A stretch of DNA of 64,000 bases from an uncultured Lentisphaerales bacterium (GTDB lineage: Bacteria; Verrucomicrobiota; Lentisphaeria; JABSQK01; UBA12247), in the NCBI GenBank assembly GCA_943788985.1, contig CALSSJ010000007.1, positions 1 through 64,000 of the forward strand, written 5' to 3'. The notes under the pieces are model-generated. The model was not told the origin of the DNA, did not search any database, and saw nothing but the letters and a program-made list of their open reading frames with translations. Shown piece by piece: positions 1 to 9,827 of the stretch. Position numbers and translations under genes: made by a program. How positions within the stretch are numbered: position 1 is the stretch's first letter; each line of letters opens with the position of its first letter.

Positions 1-166
1 CAGCGTCCTGTTTTTGGGGGTCTTTCAGGAGTGGGCGTGGCGGATTCTGCAGCTGATCGGCATGGAATATCCGTGAGTTGGCCGGCGAATTCATACGAAT
101 TGTGTAAGATACTCAGTATCTACGTGTAAGGATCAATAGTAGGAACGCTATAGTCAGGAGGTACTC

Positions 167-418
167 ATGAAGCGGTATCAGCGTAGAAAAAAGCAGCAGA
201 ACTGCGGTCAGGCGATCGTAGAGTATGTGTTGATCATCGCCATTGTTGTCGTAGCCGCTGTGGCTATTCTCGGCATTTTTAGCGATACCGTGCGCACGAA
301 GATCGCTGGAATTGTTAAGGTTTTTGATCCGGATGCGGATGTCTCGTCGGTAGACACTACATCTCAGGAGATCATGGAAGACCTCGACGAGACCGGTGTT
401 GACGGTGGTACGCCGTAG
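167..418 (+). CDS. Flp/Fap family type IVc pilin
   Basis: 83 aa; basic leader then G|QAIVEYVLIIAIVVVAAVAILG (prepilin G/xxxxEY motif plus hydrophobic helix); AGGAG RBS upstream. Confidence 0.85.
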   Translation: MKRYQRRKKQQNCGQAIVEYVLIIAIVVVAAVAILGIFSDTVRTKIAGIVKVFDPDADVSSVDTTSQEIMEDLDETGVDGGTP

Positions 419-959
419 CCAGAGCGGACGCCGGGGAAAGATTAAGCCCAGCCAGCGCCATAAGGGGCAGGCTATTGTCGAATCAGTGATCGCCTTCATG
501 GTGATTTTGCTGATCTTCTTTACCCTGACCCAGCTGATGCTGCTGGCTTCCGCCCAGTTTATCGCGGATCATAGTGCGTTCGTTGCGGGCAGATCACATG
601 TGGTCGGATTCGATCATGACGTGGTGCAGCGGGCCAAGGAAGTCGGTTCAATCGGGCTGGCTGGGCACGTAACGAATCCACCAGCGCTGGAGGGTCTGTC
701 CACGCTTGAGCTGGGCGCAATCGAGCCGGTGCTGATCGGGGAGTTTATCCAAGAGTCTGGTTATATCCTGCGCTACGAGCATTGGCATTTGGTGGATCTA
801 ACCCTCCCGGCTAATGAAGATGAGATCGTCGAAACCTTCCAGGTAAACGTGCGCAATTACCCCGTCGATCTGCCGATGAGTGACGCATTTATGGGCGATA
901 CGATCGACTTGCGGGGATCTGCAAAATTGTTCAATCACGCCGCCCTGTACTTGGAGTAG
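396..959 (+). CDS. TadE-like pseudopilin
   Basis: KGQAIVESVIAFMVILLIFFTLTQLMLL prepilin-like helix; directly follows flp; start uncertain. Confidence 0.75.
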   Translation: MLTVVRRSQSGRRGKIKPSQRHKGQAIVESVIAFMVILLIFFTLTQLMLLASAQFIADHSAFVAGRSHVVGFDHDVVQRAKEVGSIGLAGHVTNPPALEGLSTLELGAIEPVLIGEFIQESGYILRYEHWHLVDLTLPANEDEIVETFQVNVRNYPVDLPMSDAFMGDTIDLRGSAKLFNHAALYLE

Positions 960-963
960 CCCC

Positions 964-2604
964 ATGCGGTTTTGCCAACGCCAGCGGGACCGAGGGCAAG
1001 TTCTGATCTTTGCGGTGATCGTTGCGACGATCCTGCTGTTCATGGCGTTTTTTCTTTTTGACCTGCAGTCTATGGTCCGCCTGCGCGCGCGGAGCCAGCA
1101 CGGCGTGGATGCGGCGGTCCTTTCTGCCGCTGCCTGGCAGGGCCGATCGCTCAATACAATCGGCGAGCTGAATCTGCTGAAGGCCTCGCTAAAGCTGATC
1201 ACGGACGTGGATCCTACGGCTGATGACTCGCTGGAAGGACTGCTAGAGTCGGTACAGTTACTCTCCGATATGCAGGTGCGCATCAGCTACGCAGGGCCAA
1301 TGATCGGTGTCGCCACGGCGCAGCAGGCCGCCAAGAACAACGGGCTGCGTACGACCGAAACCTTTACTGGGCATTGGCGGACCCACTTCGACGAGTACAT
1401 CGCGCCGGGAGGCGTCTACGAGGCGACCTACCCGCCCTATCAGGGGTATGATTGGCTACCGAGCTACCAGACGATGCTGGAGCAGGCCATAGCGAATGGC
1501 GTGGCCTGCCAGTTTGTGAACAATCGCTATCTGTCGGGCCTGCCCCAGTTGATTGGAAACGGATCGGACTTTCTGATGGATGTCGGCTTTTACAGTGCCG
1601 TCCATTCGAATCACTACTGCTGGTTTTATCGCCGCGGTATTTCCTACAGCGACAGATATGACTTTAGCTTAATCGAGCTAGATCAGAATCTTGATGACTA
1701 CTTTCCGGGCAGCGAGTTTCTGCCGCTGTATGTCAGGTTTGCAGCGTCCGCACCGCACATCGAATCGAACGCAATGCTGCTAGATCGCGGGTTCGACCTG
1801 CTTGACTCTGAGCAGGAGGGTTATGATCAGATCACATGGGGGTTGTTTGAGGACAATGTGGCTGGCAAGGCTTGGGATGATACGGGGGACTATAACTTCG
1901 TGAATTCTTTTCTTCGTTCGGATTTCAAAGAAAGCTACACGTACGGCGGCGCAGCAGCCCGCGCGATTCTGCAGGCCAAGCCCTCGCTGATTCTCGGCAG
2001 TCCCAGCTGGCGTTATGGCGAAGAAACCGCAGACGATGCGGACACCCTTGGCGACGCGCTCTCGTTTTCTGAAGAGGAGATTCAGGGCGGATCATTCGAG
2101 AGCTACGGCGAGCGCCTGAGTGCGGCCGAGGAGCGGATGCGCTCTCTGTCTGAAGCAGAAATGGTGAAGACATCGGCCGCAGCAAAGGCCTTTGGCCACC
2201 TGGATGAGACCACGCCTCCTCACGCGGCTGGCGTGGTGTTGCCAGTCTTCACCGACGTTCGCCTGATCCCGGCCTCGCTGATCAAGGCCAACAGCACGGA
2301 CCGTAATCCCGAGTTCATGATGTTCCTCATTGAGTATTTCGGGCACCCCTCCTACCCTGCGGTCCCGTCAGACATCCGGGAACGGTACGCCTATTTCATC
2401 AGCGCAATTGAGCGGTTTGACGACAACGCTTCTGGTTTTCGAACCGGGTGGCTTACTTTTGACGCGTGGCGCGCTAGCTGGATGGCAGGGCCAGATGGTG
2501 TGCCTGGGAATGCCGACGACCGCCAAGACCCGTGCCACGTTTCGGGCGGAGGCGGCGGCGGAGGCGGAGGCGGATCCAGTCCTGGCCCACCGATTTTGCA
2601 CTAA
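964..2604 (+). CDS. TadG-like pilus protein (N-terminal Tad domain)
   Basis: ATG 964; RGQVLIFAVIVATILLFMAFFLFD...SQHGVDAAVLSAA Tad-domain pattern; C-terminal GPDGVPGNADD and poly-Gly. Confidence 0.75.
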   Translation: MRFCQRQRDRGQVLIFAVIVATILLFMAFFLFDLQSMVRLRARSQHGVDAAVLSAAAWQGRSLNTIGELNLLKASLKLITDVDPTADDSLEGLLESVQLLSDMQVRISYAGPMIGVATAQQAAKNNGLRTTETFTGHWRTHFDEYIAPGGVYEATYPPYQGYDWLPSYQTMLEQAIANGVACQFVNNRYLSGLPQLIGNGSDFLMDVGFYSAVHSNHYCWFYRRGISYSDRYDFSLIELDQNLDDYFPGSEFLPLYVRFAASAPHIESNAMLLDRGFDLLDSEQEGYDQITWGLFEDNVAGKAWDDTGDYNFVNSFLRSDFKESYTYGGAAARAILQAKPSLILGSPSWRYGEETADDADTLGDALSFSEEEIQGGSFESYGERLSAAEERMRSLSEAEMVKTSAAAKAFGHLDETTPPHAAGVVLPVFTDVRLIPASLIKANSTDRNPEFMMFLIEYFGHPSYPAVPSDIRERYAYFISAIERFDDNASGFRTGWLTFDAWRASWMAGPDGVPGNADDRQDPCHVSGGGGGGGGGGSSPGPPILH

Positions 2605-3296
2605 TGCGTCTTCTGCTGCCATGCCTAGCCCTGGTGCTATCCTGCTCAGGCGACGTCTATACCCTGCGGTCTGGCACGGGCTCCGGGAGCTTGCTGGAGA
2701 GTCTGGATGCGCGTGAAATACTCCGTGACACGATCGAAATGAACGGGGTGCAAGGCGAGCTCGCGGTCCATCACACCACGCTCTGCTGGGAGGAGGTGCG
2801 TGCACAAGTAAAACGCCTCCTTGGCTGCCCGGTGCTGGAGCGCAATCGGAACTCGTTGCTGATTGAGGATCGCCACGGGAAACAACTGACGCGGCACTAT
2901 CTGTTCGCAACCTCGGCCGACAAGCACCCAATCATCTTCTCGATCACCGCACCCGAAAGAATTCTCACGGCCAAAGTGCATGAGTGGCCTGACGCTTTTC
3001 CCCGCCCCACAGCCGCCCACCCCAAGCACGTGATGCATCTAACCAAGCGGCAGGTGGACTTAGCGATCTTTACCACGCCATCCCAGCAGCAGACTGCCGC
3101 CCGCGGTTATGATGCCCAGTTGTCTCTCGACGGCTGGCAGCGTCTCGATAAGGCTGCCATTGGTACTGGAGCGGTATATCTGAAAGAGCGCCCGACACGG
3201 ATCCTCCTCTTTTCCACTCTTGTTAACGACCAGGGCGGCACCACTGCTGCAATATTCATGAAACATGGAGATACGATGGAGACGATCAATGAGTGA
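2604..3296 (+). CDS. exported hypothetical protein
   Basis: ATG overlaps previous stop (TAATG); N-terminal signal-like MRLLLPCLALVLSC. Confidence 0.7.
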   Translation: MRLLLPCLALVLSCSGDVYTLRSGTGSGSLLESLDAREILRDTIEMNGVQGELAVHHTTLCWEEVRAQVKRLLGCPVLERNRNSLLIEDRHGKQLTRHYLFATSADKHPIIFSITAPERILTAKVHEWPDAFPRPTAAHPKHVMHLTKRQVDLAIFTTPSQQQTAARGYDAQLSLDGWQRLDKAAIGTGAVYLKERPTRILLFSTLVNDQGGTTAAIFMKHGDTMETINE

Positions 3297-4026
3297 CCCC
3301 AACACAGACAGCATTGCCCGGGGGGTGAGCTTCCTCAGCTTCCTTGCTGCAGTAATTTCCTTGGCCGGAATTGGCTGGATCATCTATGATTCTCAGCAAC
3401 GGCACCAGGAATCACAGGCCGCGATTGCCGCGCTCTCGGAGGACTTAGCGGCCTCCCGTAAAGAGGTCGCAGACCTGCGCAAGTCTATGGACGAACTCGA
3501 GGCCCTGACCGGTCAGCTGTTTGAAAGCACCCAGGATAGTATGGCCAGAGCCGCGGTGATTGACCGAGAGCGCCTTGATGCCTCCAGCCTTCCCGATGGC
3601 CTCTACACCCTGACCAAGACCGTCGAGCTGCGCTATCCGCGCCGCAGTGGGACCTACACCGAAAAGTTCAACATCGTGCACGCCAAGCAGTCCTATGGAG
3701 AAATTAACGACCGCAAGTCCGTGAATATTGGCTTTGCCTACGTGCTGGGCTTTCGCGCCCCGCAGTTCTATCTGGACTTCAATGGTGACAATGCGATCGA
3801 TGTCAAGGTGATGCACGACGTCGTCCACGCTCTGCCCATGGGCTCCCACCTTTCCCAGACTCTGAACGAGTTCAACTCCCAAGTGATCTACAACACATTT
3901 TTGAGGAACTACGCGGAGGCGGACTACACCAGCATCAAGGATGTGGACAAGAAGGCCGAGGGCACGGCCAGAGCGCTGTGGAAAGTGGTGAATGACACCT
4001 TGATCCCCAGCTGGCTTTCTCACTGA
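3289..4026 (+). CDS. membrane-anchored coiled-coil hypothetical protein
   Basis: Overlaps previous stop; single TM (GVSFLSFLAAVISLAGIGWIIY) then coiled coil; DFNGDNAID EF-like loop. Confidence 0.7.
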   Translation: MSDPNTDSIARGVSFLSFLAAVISLAGIGWIIYDSQQRHQESQAAIAALSEDLAASRKEVADLRKSMDELEALTGQLFESTQDSMARAAVIDRERLDASSLPDGLYTLTKTVELRYPRRSGTYTEKFNIVHAKQSYGEINDRKSVNIGFAYVLGFRAPQFYLDFNGDNAIDVKVMHDVVHALPMGSHLSQTLNEFNSQVIYNTFLRNYAEADYTSIKDVDKKAEGTARALWKVVNDTLIPSWLSH

Positions 4027-4050
4027 GCTGCCAGCTATGGTCGCTTAGTT

Positions 4051-4245
4051 GCCCCGATCCCGTTCCCCTCTTCCTTTGCCGGCCCGTGCCCGTGCCCCAG
4101 AGCACGACGTCCTGGACATCCACACCGCTGCCGTCGATTCCGTCGTCAGCCACGACCCTCTCCACGGTGGCTCCCCTCGTTCTCACGCGGGCGGTGAAAG
4201 AAGCTACCGGACACGGGTAAAGGGTAAAGGGCAGGGGGAAAGGGC
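4051..4245. repeat. imperfect inverted hexamer-repeat arms (CCCGTG/CCCGAT ... CACGGG/AAAGGG)
   Basis: cccgatcccgttcccctc...cccgtgcccgtgcccc at 4051-4098 and cacgggtaaagggtaaagggcagggggaaaggg at about 4212-4245. Confidence 0.55.
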
Positions 4246-4368
4246 TACGCTTTGCTCGACCTTCTGGCGCCGCCTGGCGCGCGGCGCGTGCGCATTAGAG
4301 GTTGCACGAGAAGGGCTTTGCCGGTAGACTATAGGCTTGTACCGCAAAGCGTCCCTTCGGAGAAACCT

Positions 4369-5070
4369 ATGGCTGGGCTGATTGACCAGATTGAGATTGC
4401 CAACACGCAACAACCGCACTGCGCAACAGTCCTGTTGCTGGATACCTCGCATTCGATGACGGTCGGTGGTCGCATTGACCAGCTGAACGAGGGGATCGCA
4501 CTTTTTCATAGCGAGGTCTGTGAGGATGAATTAGCCCGCAAGCGCGTGGACCTCGCTACCGTAACCTTCGGTGAGCGCGTTGAGATTAACCAGCCCTTTA
4601 CGCCGATCGAGCAGTTTCAGCCGCAACCATTGCGAGCCCGGGGCCGCACCCCCATGGGAGCCGCGATTCGGCAGGCGATCGATATGGTGCAGGAGCGAAA
4701 AATCCACTACAAGACGCTCGGCGTAGACTACTACCGGCCTTGGATTTTTATGTTGACCGACGGTGAGCCTACCGACATGCGCGAGGGCTCAGAGGCCTGG
4801 AACGAAACCGTGCAGTTAATTCACAGTGGTGAGGAAGACAGCAAATTCCTCTTCTTCGCCGTTGGCGTGGGGGATGCGAACATGGATGTACTGCACGCCC
4901 TTTCCCCGGCGAGCCGCCCTCCACTGCTGCTGATGGAGAACAAGTTCCGCAGCATGTTTCAGTGGCTCTCCAAGAGCCAGACGCGCGTGTCATCGTCGCG
5001 ACCTGGCGATCACGTGGAGCTCGATGACCCCACGACGGGGGCAACGGCGTGGGCGCGAATCGAAACCTAA
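4369..5070 (+). CDS. terY: TerY-like vWA domain protein (YegL-like)
   Basis: ATG 4369 with GGAG RBS; LLLDTSHSM (DxSxS MIDAS), GRTPMGAA, YYRPWIFMLTDGEPTD. Confidence 0.9.
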   Translation: MAGLIDQIEIANTQQPHCATVLLLDTSHSMTVGGRIDQLNEGIALFHSEVCEDELARKRVDLATVTFGERVEINQPFTPIEQFQPQPLRARGRTPMGAAIRQAIDMVQERKIHYKTLGVDYYRPWIFMLTDGEPTDMREGSEAWNETVQLIHSGEEDSKFLFFAVGVGDANMDVLHALSPASRPPLLLMENKFRSMFQWLSKSQTRVSSSRPGDHVELDDPTTGATAWARIET

Positions 5071-5084
5071 GCCGGTCTGCCCTG

Positions 5085-5843
5085 ATGTCCCATACCTTGC
5101 CTAATGGCTTTGGCTCTTCCGTCGTCGGTGCGCTGCATGAGCGTGACGGTTTGCCGTGCCAGGATGCCTATGCCATGATCCGCGTTGAGCCTGATACGCT
5201 GGTCGTGGCCGTTGCTGATGGGCTCGGAAGCGCCCGACACTCTGCGCATGGATCGGGTACCGCTGCGCGGATTGCTGCCGAGTCTGTAGCCGCAGGGCTG
5301 CGATCTGGGATCAATGCCGATCCCAGCGAATTGGCCGAAGCTGGAATTGTCTCCGCTCGTCTGCAGCTTGAGCAGGAAGCCGAGGCGCTGGGTTGCGAAC
5401 TTCGCGATTTAGGGACAACTCTTATCGTCGCAATTGCAGTCAAGCAGATGCTGGTGGCTGCTCAGATTGGCGATGGTGCTGTGGTCGCAAACCAGCCGCA
5501 AGGCGCGGGACTGGTCATGCCGCCCACCGAGAACGAGTACACGAATGAGGTGGACCCCCTGACCATGAATGACTGGCATGGGCAGATTCGGGTGAGCGCT
5601 CTGTGGCCGGAATGCAATGCCTTCGCCGTCTTCACAGACGGCTGCCAGCGCGCTGCACTCCAACGAGCCAACGGTGACTGGCGAGCATTTCCAGGATTTT
5701 TTCGACCATTATTCTCGTTCGCACGTACAGTTGCTGCCCCTGAAGACGGTGAGATTGCGCTCCGTGAGCTCTTGGAATCAGACAAAGTCTGTGCCAACTG
5801 TGACGACGATAAGACGCTGGTGATAGGAGTTCTTAATGCCTGA
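5085..5843 (+). CDS. PP2C-like protein phosphatase (YegK-like, TerY-P triad)
   Basis: SVVGALH..LPCQDA, VAVADGLGSA, AQIGDG, VFTDG, DDDKTL. Confidence 0.9.
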   Translation: MSHTLPNGFGSSVVGALHERDGLPCQDAYAMIRVEPDTLVVAVADGLGSARHSAHGSGTAARIAAESVAAGLRSGINADPSELAEAGIVSARLQLEQEAEALGCELRDLGTTLIVAIAVKQMLVAAQIGDGAVVANQPQGAGLVMPPTENEYTNEVDPLTMNDWHGQIRVSALWPECNAFAVFTDGCQRAALQRANGDWRAFPGFFRPLFSFARTVAAPEDGEIALRELLESDKVCANCDDDKTLVIGVLNA

Positions 5844-8800
5844 GACGATGACATTATACACATCGAACGGCACCGCCGTAGCACTCACGTCCCTGGGGAA
5901 GGAAGGCGGTGAAGGAGCTATTTACTCCTGCAATGACCGCACGGACCAATGCGCTAAGATCTTTCATAGCCGTCGCATCACCGCAGAACTGCACCAGAAG
6001 CTGCAGGTCATGGCGGAAAATCCGCCAAATGATCCCATGCAGCCGCGCCATCATTCCATTGCGTGGCCCGAGGAATTGCTCTACCGGGATCGTGGCGGGC
6101 AGGATTTCTGTGGCTACCTCATGCCCTACCTGGATGAACGCTTTCGCGAAGCGCACCTTTATTACGATACGCAGGACCGCGTGCGACAGTTCGCCGGCAG
6201 CTTTACCTGGGAGCACCTGCTCTGTGCCGCTTGGAATCTGGCAAGCGCTATCGCCGCTCTCCACGAGAAGGGGCATTGCGTCGGAGATTTGCGCGAGAAA
6301 AACATCCTGATTGCGCCTGACTCGCTGATTACTCTCATTGACTGTGACTCGTTTCAGATTCTCGACAACCAGAGCGGGACCATCTACTTCTCGCGGGTTG
6401 GCTCTCCTGAGTACTTGCCACCGCAGCTGCAGCGTACCTCCTTTCACGATCAGGACCATGATCGTTATTACTCCGATCTATTTTCGCTCGGCGTGCTGGT
6501 ATTCCGCTTCCTGATGCAAGGCTTTCACCCCTTTCAGAGCCGTGGTGCCGCTGTGGAGAATGCGCCGAGCACCGAGGCCAAGATTCAGCTCGGCCTCTAC
6601 CCCTACGAACTTGGCACAGATCCCAAATACGCCGGGCGGCTCTACCCGCCCGCATACGCGCCGCCGTACGCGGCGATGCCATCACCACTGCGCGAGCTGG
6701 CCAAACGCTGCTTTATGGACGGGCTCCATAACGAGCGCAACCGCCCGACCGCTCGTGAATGGTACGATGTCCTCGGTAAGGAGTCTACGCGTTGCCAGAC
6801 CTGCGCCAAGAGTGAAGATCACATTTTTAGCGACGAGCTGGCCGAATGTCCTTGGTGTGCGATCAGTGAGCGTGGACTCGACGACCCTTTTGCCAAAGAG
6901 GCCCCCAAACCAGCCCCCGCTCCTGCGAAGCAGACCCACCTTGGCACACAGCAGCAGTTGCGCGCGGCAACCGCAGCGCCTATGCCGCCGCCATCATCGG
7001 GTGCCCCGGGTATGGAGGCGACTGTAGGCAAGCTTATCTACCACGGCTTATGGGCCTCCGTCATTGTCACCGCCATTTCATCCATGTTTATCAGTATCGT
7101 AATCTGGGTTCCCTTAATGGGGGTCTGCTTTGCCCTGGCAGCGGTATTCTCGCTAATGGGAGGGGGCGGAAAGTTCGGCGTGCAGGCCGTGTGCTCCATC
7201 ATTCTGCCGCTGCTCCTGGGCCTGGGATTCAATCAACGCCCAGAGGACAAATCCGAGGGGCGGGTACAACTTCTGCCCACCTCCGGCAAGCCAAAGGTCA
7301 TGGACGTCATGGACCAAGGATCCGCCCGAATTCGCGCGGATCGCGAGCAAGCGATTGTAGACCGTCAGCTTCCCCGCGACCTTACCGCCTACGTCGAAGC
7401 CGCCAGTGAGGTCTACATGGGCATGGTCCAGGAGCGGAGACGCCTCGCCGTACAGATCGCCAAGGATGAGTTCGAAAAAAGCAGGCGGGCAAACAAAGGA
7501 ATCTTGGACCTCCAAGAGCGCATTCGCGAGCTTGAGCCACATCTTGTCCTTCTCTGGGATCAAGCAGCAGCGGACTTTGATCAGCAACGCGTGACTGTCA
7601 CAAACCCGCTAGTTCTAGATGCAAAGGCGCGTCAGCTGGAAGTCGTGGCCTTCTACCTCTATGAGTATCTCGAAAAAGAACTTGAAGAATCGGTTCGCAC
7701 CGGGGGCCTCCAGCGTCAGGAGACCCAGCAAAAGCTAAGGCGGACCCAGCGCGCCGCTGAATGGGCCGCCGTTTATGTCGAGCGCCACAGTGCCCGGCTC
7801 AAAGCGGAGCTAGAGACGATCCGGCGCCAGAGCGGAGGCGAAAGCGAGGAGTCTGTGCTCAAGGAAGAAGAGTTGCTCCTGCTGATGAATCTCGGAGTGC
7901 GCACGCTCAGGCATCACAACCGGCCAAGCTTTCAGGCGCTTGTGCCCGGCGGGACGTTCATTTGGACACGATCCATTGCCAATGACCCCCAGAACCTGAA
8001 GATCGACATTGCCAAGCCCGTCGCAGACATCAACGGCGTCTACCTCCAGTCTCAGGAAGACAGCGCTCTGCGTGCTGTTCACGCGCAGAATGGCTACCTG
8101 CTCTGGGACATTAAGCAGGAAGTCGTGCGTGATATGCAGGCATATCTGCGCTCAGCCGGTCTGCTCTTCCAAGACGCTTCTCGTGTGTTTAAAGTCGACC
8201 CTCGCACCGGCCGAAACAGCTGGCGCCTGCCACTGCCTAGCTCGTCTGACAGCGACCGCATTGGCATTGGTACGCGCTATCTCGTCATTGCGACCAACAG
8301 CCGCTCACTGCAGATCGCAAACGCCGCAGACGGCACCGGAGTCGCCCGCATCTCCGTCCCCAAGGACATCATCGACATCCACGTCAGTGAAGACGAATCG
8401 CGGGTCTTTGTCGCCAGCCGAGCCACAGTCGCTGCCTATTCCCTTTCGCCCCAGCCGGTCATGCTCTGGGAGCGGCACCTGTTTCACAACACCCACATTC
8501 CTGACGGCTCCATCTATCGCAAGTCACTCAGCGAGCGGGCGGGCCGGTTGATCCTGATTCTCAACGAGAGCTCCAAAGGCCGCCATGAGGCGCGCATTCA
8601 CTGCTTGAGCGGCTCCACTGGCGAGGAGCTCTGGCCCGCGCGCGATGGCCTCAAACCCATGGAGGAGGTACGCGTAGAGCAGACCACATTTGGCATGTTG
8701 ATCCAGCTAGACCGGTCGATTCGGATGATGGACGTCACCACCGGAAACACCATCTGGGAGTGTCCTTTCGACCAGGCGATTGCGGATCTCGCAGTGGGCG

Positions 8801-9234
8801 ACCAAATCGTAGTAGTTGCGACGCGCCGGTTGAACTGCATAACCCTAGCTGGCGGGCAACCGCTGTGGCAGATCGAGGAGGATGGCCTGGTGCATATCGA
8901 AGAGTACGCGAGCCTGTTCCACCCGGGCTACGTCGTTCCTGAGAAGCAGCTGCAGTTTCCCATGTACATGAACGCTCATGGCAAGAAGCTTAGCCGCCCG
9001 GACATCACTGTGGCATCTCGTCCAAGCATTGACGGCAAGATCTGCCAGCCTGCCGTGATCAACAATCGCGTCTATTTCTACAATGCCCGCGAGATGCTCT
9101 ACTGCATCTGGGCCGGAGACCTGTCCAACATCAGCTTTAACGCCGCCGCCACACCCGCCGCACAACCCGCACAACCGGCACAACAGACTCCGCATGCCCC
9201 TGCGCCTCCTGTACACCACTCTGTCGTCCCCTAA
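5836..9234 (+). CDS. YegI-like Ser/Thr kinase with Cys cluster, TM helices, coiled coil and PQQ-like beta-propeller
   Basis: GKEGGEGAIY, CAKIF, GDLREKNILI, IDCDSFQI, GSPEYLPP, SDLFSLG; CQTC..H..CPWC; hydrophobic block about aa 400-465; repeated G..LW blades. Confidence 0.88.
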   Translation: MPETMTLYTSNGTAVALTSLGKEGGEGAIYSCNDRTDQCAKIFHSRRITAELHQKLQVMAENPPNDPMQPRHHSIAWPEELLYRDRGGQDFCGYLMPYLDERFREAHLYYDTQDRVRQFAGSFTWEHLLCAAWNLASAIAALHEKGHCVGDLREKNILIAPDSLITLIDCDSFQILDNQSGTIYFSRVGSPEYLPPQLQRTSFHDQDHDRYYSDLFSLGVLVFRFLMQGFHPFQSRGAAVENAPSTEAKIQLGLYPYELGTDPKYAGRLYPPAYAPPYAAMPSPLRELAKRCFMDGLHNERNRPTAREWYDVLGKESTRCQTCAKSEDHIFSDELAECPWCAISERGLDDPFAKEAPKPAPAPAKQTHLGTQQQLRAATAAPMPPPSSGAPGMEATVGKLIYHGLWASVIVTAISSMFISIVIWVPLMGVCFALAAVFSLMGGGGKFGVQAVCSIILPLLLGLGFNQRPEDKSEGRVQLLPTSGKPKVMDVMDQGSARIRADREQAIVDRQLPRDLTAYVEAASEVYMGMVQERRRLAVQIAKDEFEKSRRANKGILDLQERIRELEPHLVLLWDQAAADFDQQRVTVTNPLVLDAKARQLEVVAFYLYEYLEKELEESVRTGGLQRQETQQKLRRTQRAAEWAAVYVERHSARLKAELETIRRQSGGESEESVLKEEELLLLMNLGVRTLRHHNRPSFQALVPGGTFIWTRSIANDPQNLKIDIAKPVADINGVYLQSQEDSALRAVHAQNGYLLWDIKQEVVRDMQAYLRSAGLLFQDASRVFKVDPRTGRNSWRLPLPSSSDSDRIGIGTRYLVIATNSRSLQIANAADGTGVARISVPKDIIDIHVSEDESRVFVASRATVAAYSLSPQPVMLWERHLFHNTHIPDGSIYRKSLSERAGRLILILNESSKGRHEARIHCLSGSTGEELWPARDGLKPMEEVRVEQTTFGMLIQLDRSIRMMDVTTGNTIWECPFDQAIADLAVGDQIVVVATRRLNCITLAGGQPLWQIEEDGLVHIEEYASLFHPGYVVPEKQLQFPMYMNAHGKKLSRPDITVASRPSIDGKICQPAVINNRVYFYNAREMLYCIWAGDLSNISFNAAATPAAQPAQPAQQTPHAPAPPVHHSVVP

Positions 9235-9514
9235 TCAGGCCGAGGATATCGCGCGTAGCCTGCTCGACGCGCGGCTGATCGCCTGCGCCAACGTCATCCC
9301 GGCCGTGCGTTCGCTCTACCGCTGGCAGGACGAGATTCAGGATGACAGCGAGGTCATCCTTTTGCTAAAGACCACGACCGATTGTCTTGATGCCGTCCGG
9401 GCGCAGATTCTTGCGCTACATCCTTATGATTCCCCCTGCCTCGTGGAAATAGACGCCTCCGTCCTGCACCCGCCCTTTGCCGCCTGGCTGAAAGACTCTG
9501 TCTCCCAACCTTGA
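9194..9514 (+). CDS. cutA: divalent-cation tolerance protein CutA
   Basis: ATG 9194; LYTT...IARSLLDARLIACANVIPAVRSLYRWQ..EVILLLKTT..HPYDSP. Confidence 0.92.
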   Translation: MPLRLLYTTLSSPNQAEDIARSLLDARLIACANVIPAVRSLYRWQDEIQDDSEVILLLKTTTDCLDAVRAQILALHPYDSPCLVEIDASVLHPPFAAWLKDSVSQP

Positions 9515-9542
9515 GCCAAGGGGATCTCTCGTCAACCAACTA

Positions 9543-9827
9543 CCTCCGGGAAAGGGAGCCCCCTGAAGGTGGGGCCGCGGGCGGCTCGCCACAGTCTTTG
9601 CGTCGTGGAAGGGTAGTGGTCCAACTGGTATCCCGAAAGGATAATCGAACGTAGCCGGTGGTCAAATCACCCGAACGGATTGGAAAACGAGTTAGCCCTG
9701 GAAGGGCGAGAGAAGGTGCTGCGTTGGCCACGCATTTCGGCGACGCATCCGGGGCTGGGATCGGTGGTGGTTGGGGACCGATGGTTGCACCACGGGCTAG
9801 GTTATTTACCCCCTCCGGGAAAGGGAG
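9543..9827. repeat. REP-like palindrome cluster bracketed by a 16-bp direct repeat
   Basis: CCTCCGGGAAAGGGAG at 9543-9558 and 9812-9827; internal GAAA/GAAG-loop hairpins (tatcccgaaaggata, gccctggaagggc). Confidence 0.6.

Noticed and set aside
1..94. Possible divergent gene starting at ATG 94 on the minus strand
   Set aside because: Only about 31 codons visible, with no recognisable motif
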